A DNA stretch of 64,000 nt, taken from contig CBFGJZ010000006.1 of the NCBI GenBank assembly GCA_965649215.1, positions 17,193 through 81,192 of the forward strand. Reading direction: 5' to 3'. The notes under the pieces are model-generated. The model was given only the letters and a program-made list of their open reading frames with translations. It searched no databases and had not been told where the DNA came from. The stretch is from a candidate division WOR-3 bacterium. GTDB lineage: Bacteria; Hydrothermota; Tepidihabitantia; Tepidihabitantales; CAIPLT01. Positions 57,440 through 64,000 of the stretch are shown here, piece after piece (position 1 is the first letter of the stretch; each line of letters opens with the position of its first letter). The translations under genes and the position numbers were made by a program.

Positions 57440-58043
57440 ATTACGCGAACTAGGTGAAGCAATTCGTGCCTTAATTAAAGGACCTTATACTGCCAAATTC
57501 CCCAAAGCGCCTCCCATTACAGCAAAAGAATTTCGCGGCATTATCAAATATAACGAAGAGCGTTGTATTGGATGTGGTGCATGCGCAGAAGTTTGTCCTG
57601 CGAATGCTCGAGCAATCGAGGACGATTGGGAGCGAAAAGTTCGTAAAGTAATCCATTATCAAGAAAAATGTATTTATTGCGGACAATGCGTCAATTATTG
57701 TACAACTCAGGAAGGCATTAAACACACTCAGGAATACGACTTAGCAAAACTTGAAAACAAAGGTTTTGAAAATATTATTGAAAAAGAACTGGAATTTTGC
57801 GAAATGTGCGGAGAAGTGGTTGCACCCAAAGCCCAACTCATCTGGATTGCTCACAAGTTAGGCGAACTCGCTTATGCCAACCCGACTTTGTATCTTAGCA
57901 TTCATCAAAATTTAGATACAATTCAAAAAGAAGAAAAAGTTAAACTGCAAAATAAAGAACTACCCTATCGTTCACAACATCAGCGTATTCTCTGCGTAGA
58001 TTGCCGACGCAAAGCATATCTCAATGAAGTTTGGGGATATTAA
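57426..58043 (+). CDS. MbhN/NuoI-like 2x[4Fe-4S] subunit with extra CxxC pairs
   Basis: YTAKFP, FRG, CIGCGACAEVCP, CIYCGQCVNYC, CEMC..CVDC; SD AGGAG before ATG 57426. Confidence 0.9.
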   Translation: MRKPKLRELGEAIRALIKGPYTAKFPKAPPITAKEFRGIIKYNEERCIGCGACAEVCPANARAIEDDWERKVRKVIHYQEKCIYCGQCVNYCTTQEGIKHTQEYDLAKLENKGFENIIEKELEFCEMCGEVVAPKAQLIWIAHKLGELAYANPTLYLSIHQNLDTIQKEEKVKLQNKELPYRSQHQRILCVDCRRKAYLNEVWGY

Positions 58044-58682
58044 ACTATATATAAAAAATTAAAAACCATTAAAAAGCAAAAATTAAAAATTTCAGAAAAT
58101 ATCATTAAAAGTTATGATACCCAGAAAACCAATCGGATTCCGCCCAATCAACGATTAACCAAAGATTTTCCAATTTTACATTACAATGGCATACCGCAAT
58201 TTAACCGAGCAAAGTGGTCATTTCGTATCTGGGGTTTGGTTGAAAAAGAAAAGCGTTTGAATTATCAGGAATTTACAAGCTTGCCGCAGGTTAAAGTTTA
58301 TGCCGATATTCACTGCGTTACCGGCTGGTCAAAACTTGATAATATCTGGCAAGGAATTAGTTCACAAGTAATTAAGGATTTGATTTCAATAAAGCCCGAT
58401 GCAAAGTATATCCTGATTAATTGCGATGATGGTTATTATACAAATCTATCTTTTGACGATTTTTTTCAAGACGATGTGCTTTTTGCGTTTAAACATAATA
58501 ATCAAGACATCACACCCGAACATGGTTATCCAGTTCGGCTGGTTGTTCCCAGACTCTATTTTTGGAAAAGCGCGAAATGGGTCAACGGCGTTCAATTCTT
58601 GGCAAAAGATGTACCCGGTTTCTGGGAATCGCGTGGTTATCATAATCATGGCGACCCCTGGCTGGAAGAGCGCTATTCGTAA
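58044..58682 (+). CDS. Sulfite-oxidase-like Mo-MPT oxidoreductase (YuiH/MsrP-like, cytoplasmic); start codon unclear
   Basis: In-frame RIPPNQ..FPILH upstream of the TTG at 58236; DIHCVTGWS, HGYPVRLVVP, WKSAKW, GFWESRGYH. Confidence 0.8.
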   Translation, partial: TIYKKLKTIKKQKLKISENIIKSYDTQKTNRIPPNQRLTKDFPILHYNGIPQFNRAKWSFRIWGLVEKEKRLNYQEFTSLPQVKVYADIHCVTGWSKLDNIWQGISSQVIKDLISIKPDAKYILINCDDGYYTNLSFDDFFQDDVLFAFKHNNQDITPEHGYPVRLVVPRLYFWKSAKWVNGVQFLAKDVPGFWESRGYHNHGDPWLEERYS

Positions 58683-58698
58683 CAAAAATATTCAATTC

Positions 58699-58745
58699 TT
58701 GACAAAAATGTTTTTTTTATTAAAATATATGCGTATATGTGCATT
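58699..58745 (+). promoter_or_regulatory. arsR promoter and operator candidate
   Basis: TTGACA-N16-TAAAAT followed by imperfect palindrome ATGCGTATATGTGCAT. Confidence 0.65.
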
Positions 58746-58754
58746 AATTTATAA

Positions 58755-59153
58755 ATGGATATCGATATGAAACTCTTAATTGAACAACTGCTGGATATGT
58801 TAAAAGCATTGTCTGACCAGACTCGCTTGCGCATATTCTGGGTGTTGCAAAAAGCCGCTACAGAACTCTGCGTTTGCGAGCTGATAGATATCCTTGACCA
58901 GACTCAATACAATGTTTCCCGTCATCTGAAAATACTCAAATACGCTGGTTTAGTTAAAGAGCGTAAACAAGGTACCTTTGTTTACTACTCGGTTTCAAAA
59001 TTAGGAGATAAAGTATATAAGTATCTTTTAGAAATGGTCTCGGCAATTTCCGAAGACATTTTACCAGCAGATGCTAAAAGACTTAAAAAACGGCTTAGTT
59101 TGCGTAAAAACGGCATCTGCGTGATTGGCATGCGCGGTAAAAAAATAAAATAA
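58755..59153 (+). CDS. arsR: ArsR/SmtB-family repressor
   Basis: KALSDQTRLRI, ELCVCEL, VSRHLKILK. Start is 58755 or 58767. Confidence 0.92.
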   Translation: MDIDMKLLIEQLLDMLKALSDQTRLRIFWVLQKAATELCVCELIDILDQTQYNVSRHLKILKYAGLVKERKQGTFVYYSVSKLGDKVYKYLLEMVSAISEDILPADAKRLKKRLSLRKNGICVIGMRGKKIK

Positions 59154-59170
59154 AAAATATGGAGGTAAAT

Positions 59171-59416
59171 ATGGAAATCAAAATCCTTGGCACTGGCTGT
59201 CCCAGATGCCATGAACTAGAAAAACGAACCTTAGATACATTGGCAGAGCTGAAAATAGTCGCTGATGTTCAAAAAATAACTGATATTAAAAAAATTATGG
59301 AATATAAAATTCTGGGTACACCTGGTTTGGTTATTAACGGCAAAGTCAAATCTGCGGGTCGAATTCCGTCTAAAGAAGATATCAAAAAGTGGATACAAGA
59401 AGAAATGAATCAATGA
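59171..59416 (+). CDS. Small redox-active disulfide protein (thioredoxin-like)
   Basis: GTGCPRC, TPGLVING; SD GGAGG. Confidence 0.92.
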   Translation: MEIKILGTGCPRCHELEKRTLDTLAELKIVADVQKITDIKKIMEYKILGTPGLVINGKVKSAGRIPSKEDIKKWIQEEMNQ

Positions 59417-60582
59417 AAGACCGCACCAAACTTTTCTTATTTATTGTAATTTTTCTTTTGTTCTATTTCGTTCCGTTCAGCGGAATTAGGATACAAAACG
59501 CAATACATGAAGCGTTTCTTATGGTTCAGGAATATGCCCGCGAACATGTTCTCTTTTGCTTGATTCCTGCTTTTTTCATTGCCGGTGCTATCAGTCTATT
59601 TATATCTAAAGAAGCAGTCATTAAATATTTTGGCGCCAAAGCTAATAAGATACTTGCCTATGGCGTTGCTTCAATTTCGGGCACGATTCTTGCAGTCTGT
59701 TCATGTACCGTTTTACCGATGTTTGCCGGCATTTATTCGCGCGGTGCTGGCATTGGACCTGCGACCGCTTTTCTATATGCAGGTCCGGCGATAAATGTTC
59801 TCGCAATAATTATGACTGGACGCATATTAGGCGCCGAAATGGGTATTGCCCGTGCCGTTGGTGCAATAGTCTTTTCAGTCATTATCGGACTTTTAATGTC
59901 CTTATTTTTCAAAGATAAAAAAACAGCAGATGACGATAATAATTTCATAGTCGAATCCAGCACTAAATCGCGTAGTCTTTTGCAAAATGCGATATATTTT
60001 GTATCCTTAATAATGATTCTCATTTTTGCGGCGTGGGCAAAACCAAAAGAGCCAATCGGCTTTTACAGCACAGTATATAATATCAAATGGTATCTCTTGA
60101 TTGCTGTCCTGATTGTTTTATTTTTTATTTTGGTGAAATGGTTTAACAAACAGGAACGAAAAGACTGGGTTTTATCAACCTGGATATTTGCTCAACAGAT
60201 TTTGCCATTGCTTTTTATTGGCGTTTTTATTGCCGGCTTTTTCTTAGGGAGACCTAATACTGATGCCGGAATTATCCCCTCTCACTATGTTACATCCTTA
60301 GTCGGTGGTAATTCGATTTTTGCTAATTTCTTTGCGTCCCTTGCCGCTGCATTTATGTATTTCGCTACCCTCACTGAAGTTCCGATTTTACAGGGTCTTA
60401 TAGGCAGTGGCATGGGTAAAGGTCCTGCGCTTTCTTTATTACTTGCTGGACCAGCGGTCAGTTTACCAAGTATGCTGGTTTTACGAAGTATTATGGGCAC
60501 TAAAAAAACAGTAACTTATGTTTCATTAGTAATTATCTTATCAACCATTGTTGGTTGGATATATGGCAGTATATTTTATTAA
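59413..60582 (+). CDS. ArsP/DUF318-family permease
   Basis: LAVCSCTVLP, GPAINV, YFATLTEVP, GPAVSLP. Confidence 0.9.
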   Translation: MKDRTKLFLFIVIFLLFYFVPFSGIRIQNAIHEAFLMVQEYAREHVLFCLIPAFFIAGAISLFISKEAVIKYFGAKANKILAYGVASISGTILAVCSCTVLPMFAGIYSRGAGIGPATAFLYAGPAINVLAIIMTGRILGAEMGIARAVGAIVFSVIIGLLMSLFFKDKKTADDDNNFIVESSTKSRSLLQNAIYFVSLIMILIFAAWAKPKEPIGFYSTVYNIKWYLLIAVLIVLFFILVKWFNKQERKDWVLSTWIFAQQILPLLFIGVFIAGFFLGRPNTDAGIIPSHYVTSLVGGNSIFANFFASLAAAFMYFATLTEVPILQGLIGSGMGKGPALSLLLAGPAVSLPSMLVLRSIMGTKKTVTYVSLVIILSTIVGWIYGSIFY

Positions 60583-60596
60583 AAGTAGGAGGAAAA

Positions 60597-60908
60597 ATGG
60601 CATGGCTAACCGGCTATCCACGAGAAAAAGTTGAATGGTATCCAACAATTGACCCGAAAAAATGTGTCAAATGCGGAATGTGTATGAATTGCGGAAAGAA
60701 TGTTTTTGATTGGACTCAACAGGGTGCCCGAGTTGCTCGACCTTACAGTTGTGTTGTCGGTTGTACAACCTGTGCTAATCTCTGTCTTGGTAATGCGATT
60801 ACTTTTCAGGATATAAATTCAATCCGTGAACTATACAAAAAACAAGGAATATGGAATAAAGTAAAAAAACAACTAGAAGCAGAAGGAAAATTGAAAATTA
60901 ACGAATAA
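60597..60908 (+). CDS. 4Fe-4S dicluster ferredoxin
   Basis: CVKCGMCMNC, CVVGCTTCANLC; SD AGGAGG. Confidence 0.88.
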   Translation: MAWLTGYPREKVEWYPTIDPKKCVKCGMCMNCGKNVFDWTQQGARVARPYSCVVGCTTCANLCLGNAITFQDINSIRELYKKQGIWNKVKKQLEAEGKLKINE

Positions 60909-60931
60909 CACATTAAAAAATGGAGAGTAAA

Positions 60932-61711
60932 ATGATAACAAAAACTATTGGATTTATTGGTGGTGGTCGGGTCACTCGGATATTTTTAGGTGGGCTGAAG
61001 AAAGCCGGATTATCTCTGAAAAATATTGTTATTAGCGATACTAATGCTGAGACCTTACACAAACTCAGAACTGAATTTCCCGAAATAAATATTGCACCTA
61101 ATGATAATACGCAACCAGCCACGAAAGATATTATATTTTTAGCAGTTCATCCACCAGTTGTTAACAATGTTCTTACTGAGATTAAATCTCAAATACACCA
61201 GAACTCAATTCTTGTTTCATTAGCACCACGATTTTCAATTGCAAAAATATCTGAGAGTTTAAATGGTTTTTCAAGGATTATCCGAATGATTCCTAATGCA
61301 CCATCAATAATCAACACTGGTTATAATCCAGTCTGTTATTCAAAGACAATAACCGAAGCAGAAAAAAATGAACTAATTAGTCTTTTTAAGTTATTAGGTG
61401 AATGTCCAGAGGTTGCTGAAGAAAAATTAGAAGCCTATGCAATATTAACTAGTATGGGTCCGACCTATTTCTGGTTTCAATTCAATGAACTCAAAGAAAT
61501 TGCTCAAAAATTTGGATTAACTGAAATGGAAACTAAAACTAGTATTGAAAAGATGGTGACCGGTGCATTAAAAACACTCTTTGAATCAGAGTTGTCGCCC
61601 AATGAGGTAATGGATTTAATTCCTTTGCGACCGCTTCATGATTTTGAAACAAACATAAAAGAGACATTTCATATTAAACTTGAATCTTTATATAACAAGA
61701 TGACAAGTTAA
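60932..61711 (+). CDS. Pyrroline-5-carboxylate-reductase-like NAD(P)-binding oxidoreductase
   Basis: GFIGGGRV, RMIPNAPS, SMGPTY; diverges from canonical ProC (AVKP, SGSGP, SPGGTT). Confidence 0.75.
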   Translation: MITKTIGFIGGGRVTRIFLGGLKKAGLSLKNIVISDTNAETLHKLRTEFPEINIAPNDNTQPATKDIIFLAVHPPVVNNVLTEIKSQIHQNSILVSLAPRFSIAKISESLNGFSRIIRMIPNAPSIINTGYNPVCYSKTITEAEKNELISLFKLLGECPEVAEEKLEAYAILTSMGPTYFWFQFNELKEIAQKFGLTEMETKTSIEKMVTGALKTLFESELSPNEVMDLIPLRPLHDFETNIKETFHIKLESLYNKMTS

Positions 61712-61734
61712 ATAGAAAACAAAAGTAGAATAAT

Positions 61735-61751
61735 ATATTGCAATATTGCGA
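61735..61751. promoter_or_regulatory. Second palindromic operator candidate
   Basis: ATATTGCAATAT (perfect 12-mer) overlapping TTGCAATATTGCGA. Confidence 0.45.
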
Positions 61752-61814
61752 CTTATATTGTTTTTTTAGGATAACTGATAGTAAATAATATTAAAAATAC
61801 GAAAGGACATTGTA

Positions 61815-62807
61815 ATGAAAAAAAACTGGAGTAAATGGATAATTGTAATCATCCTAATCTTAATCGTGGTAGTAATCATTGTGAAAAAGAGCAATCAAAC
61901 TAAATCAATAGTAAAACCAGCAATAATAAAAACCGATAGTCTCGCACAAGAAACAATACCGGTACTAGAAGGAGCTATTTATGAAAGTCTATCCGAACCA
62001 ATCAAACCGCAATTAGCTCAGCTCGATAAAAACACTTTGGCAGTAGTCAATAATTTTCCAATCACCAAAAATTATTTAGACAAAGTGTATCAAACCATGC
62101 CCGACCAATTCAAGGCACAATACAAAAATGATAAGGAAGGATTTTTAGAACAACTCATTATTCGAGAATTATTATATCAAGAAGCGGTGCGACAAGGATT
62201 CAATAAAGGTCTTGATTATATTAGCGATTCCGAACAACACAAGGACGAAGCAATTAACCGATACATTATTGATTTTACCAAGAAAATAAAAGTATCAGAC
62301 CAAGAAATTCAAGCATTTTATAATGCTAATATCAATCAGATGCGGGGAATGACTCTTGACCAGGTCAAAAATGATATTAAAAATTACTTAGCTCACCAAA
62401 AACAAGGTGAACTTTTCCCTCAGTTAATAGATGAATTGATTACCAAAGCTCATATTACAAGAAATGAGCAATGGTTAAAAGAACAACGAGCATCAAAACC
62501 AGAAAATCCTTTAAATAAAGCACTAAAGAATGGTATGCCAACTGTTTTGGATTTGGGCTCAGCAACTTGCGTTCCTTGCAAAATGATGAAACCGATTTTT
62601 GCCGAACTAGAAAAAGAATATCAGGGTAAGGCAAACATAATTTTATTGGATATTTACGAAAATCGGGAATTATCCAGTAAATATAAGGTGCGGGTCATTC
62701 CGACTCAGATTTTCTTTGATAAAACCGGTACCGAGGTTTGGCGTCACGAGGGTTATCTCTCCAAAGAAGATATCATAAAAAAACTGATTGAACTGGACGT
62801 TGAGTAA
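61815..62807 (+). CDS. Exported SurA-N-like + thioredoxin fusion protein
   Basis: N-terminal TM; LAVVN..IT, LEQLIIRELLYQEA, VSDQEIQAFY; C-terminal CVPC, VIPTQIFF. Confidence 0.8.
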   Translation: MKKNWSKWIIVIILILIVVVIIVKKSNQTKSIVKPAIIKTDSLAQETIPVLEGAIYESLSEPIKPQLAQLDKNTLAVVNNFPITKNYLDKVYQTMPDQFKAQYKNDKEGFLEQLIIRELLYQEAVRQGFNKGLDYISDSEQHKDEAINRYIIDFTKKIKVSDQEIQAFYNANINQMRGMTLDQVKNDIKNYLAHQKQGELFPQLIDELITKAHITRNEQWLKEQRASKPENPLNKALKNGMPTVLDLGSATCVPCKMMKPIFAELEKEYQGKANIILLDIYENRELSSKYKVRVIPTQIFFDKTGTEVWRHEGYLSKEDIIKKLIELDVE

Positions 62808-63508
62808 TGTTAACTGCAATCTTTACCTGGTTAACCAATACGATTCAAGGTGTGCCGGTCATTGCAATTCTCGGCTCTTTTCTCTGGGGTGTTTTAAGTA
62901 TTCTTTTAAGCCCGTGCCATTTAGCAAGCATTCCTTTGATTGTCGGATTTATCTCAGGACAGGAAACCACATCAACCAAACGCGCATTCTGGCTCGCAAC
63001 CTTATTTTCGCTGGGTATTCTTGTCACAATCGCGATAATTGGAATAATAACCGGCTTAATGGGCAGGATGCTTGGCGATGTTGGCAAATATGGCAATTAT
63101 ATCGTTGCCGTGATATTCTTTATTGTCGGTCTCTATCTTTTAGAAATCATAAAATTACCATTCTTAAGTAACGCCGCTCAACCAGGACTTAAAAAACGGG
63201 GTTTGCTCGCATCGTTCGTTTTAGGACTTGTTTTTGGCATTGCTTTAGGACCTTGCACATTTGCTTATATGGCGCCAATGCTTGCCTTGACATTTAGCAT
63301 CGCATCAACCCGTCTCTTTTATGGAATCTTTTTACTCTTAATTTATGGTCTTGGTCATTGCTCAATCATTGTTGCCGCAGGCACTTTTACGGAAATCATC
63401 GAGCATTACCTGCACTGGAGCGAAAAATCCAATGGCATAAAAATTGTCAAAAAAGTCTGCGGCGTTTTAGTAATCTTAGGCGGTATTTATCTGTTATGGA
63501 TAGCATAG
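62807..63508 (+). CDS. ccdA: CcdA/DsbD transmembrane electron transporter
   Basis: LSPCHLASIP, GPCTFAY, YGLGH. Confidence 0.88.
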   Translation: MLTAIFTWLTNTIQGVPVIAILGSFLWGVLSILLSPCHLASIPLIVGFISGQETTSTKRAFWLATLFSLGILVTIAIIGIITGLMGRMLGDVGKYGNYIVAVIFFIVGLYLLEIIKLPFLSNAAQPGLKKRGLLASFVLGLVFGIALGPCTFAYMAPMLALTFSIASTRLFYGIFLLLIYGLGHCSIIVAAGTFTEIIEHYLHWSEKSNGIKIVKKVCGVLVILGGIYLLWIA

Positions 63509-63524
63509 CTTCTAAGGAGTGATT

Positions 63525-64000
63525 ATGGATGATACTCAAAAATCCAAAGGTCTTGGCATCTGGGAAAAATATCTGACTTTATGGGTTTTATTATGTATTG
63601 CAATCGGCATTGGTCTGGGTCGGATTTTTCCCCAAATATCAACGACTTTAAGTAATTTTGAAGTCGCTAAAGTATCAATCCCAATTGCGATATGTTTATT
63701 CTGGATGATATATCCGATTATGGTGCAGATTGATTTTAAGCGGGTTATTGCCGCTGGTCGCACACCCAAACCGATTATGGCAACTTTGATTGCTAACTGG
63801 GCAATTAAACCATTTACAATGGCATTTTTTGCCTGGCTTTTTTTAAGTGTTGTTTTTAAGAAATATATTCCATTTGAAACTGCTCAACAGTATCGCGCAG
63901 GTATGATATTACTCGGGGTTGCGCCCTGCACGGCAATGGTGCTAATGTGGAGTTATTTAGCTAAAGGCAATATGGCGCATACTCTGGTTATGTGTGCGGT
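63525..64000 (+). CDS. acr3: ACR3-family arsenite efflux transporter (3' truncated by window)
   Basis: EKYLTLWV, IPIAICL..MIYPIM, NWAIKPF, LLGVAPCTAMV; SD AAGGAG. Confidence 0.95.
   Translation, partial: MDDTQKSKGLGIWEKYLTLWVLLCIAIGIGLGRIFPQISTTLSNFEVAKVSIPIAICLFWMIYPIMVQIDFKRVIAAGRTPKPIMATLIANWAIKPFTMAFFAWLFLSVVFKKYIPFETAQQYRAGMILLGVAPCTAMVLMWSYLAKGNMAHTLVMCA

Noticed and set aside
57300-64000. Apparent rise in C/G-ending codons suggesting horizontal acquisition of the ars island
   Set aside because: Visual impression only; conserved genes elsewhere reach similar GC, and no integrase, IS or flanking repeat is visible. Needs a GC3 or tetranucleotide scan.
1-64000. CRISPR array, IS elements, prophage or defence genes
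   Set aside because: No regularly spaced repeats and no transposase, integrase or nuclease-like ORFs seen.

Overview
64 kb of AT-rich, mostly core chromosome from an anaerobic diderm bacterium. The gene set and style suggest an uncultured fermenter such as candidate division WOR-3; this is inference only. Contents in order: end of a BamA/TamA-type gene; ECF sigma/anti-sigma/Hsp20; mnmA; nfnAB-Lrp-gdhA; ThiI-like/NifU/trpS/tryptophanase; amidohydrolase, rlmD, lptE; guaB/OsmC/TlpA/trxA/dprA; tRNA-Arg(CCT); a CoA-transferase-GNAT/ADP-forming acyl-CoA synthetase/SLC13/Zn-ribbon operon; thi4; hsp20-lon; ymdB-rny-6S RNA-zapA-zapB-pheT; a biotin carboxyltransferase cluster; murF-queA; ispD-dxr-rseP; a 16-gene Mbh-like group 4 [NiFe] hydrogenase operon headed by an NAD(P)H/FAD module; and an ArsR/Acr3 metalloid-redox island running off the end. 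No CRISPR array, rRNA or transposase is visible. Main observations: (1) an identical bipartite motif TTGAATCT-N14-GAGTCTAA upstream of both hsp20 loci, a likely promoter of the neighbouring ECF sigma; (2) the NAD(P)H-coupled Mbh-like complex, whose only antiporter-like subunit lacks key charged residues; (3) at least 11 apparently leaderless genes; (4) an AccB gene nested in-frame inside a carboxyltransferase; (5) a Mo-oxidoreductase with no canonical start codon, in frame behind the last hydrogenase stop codon.
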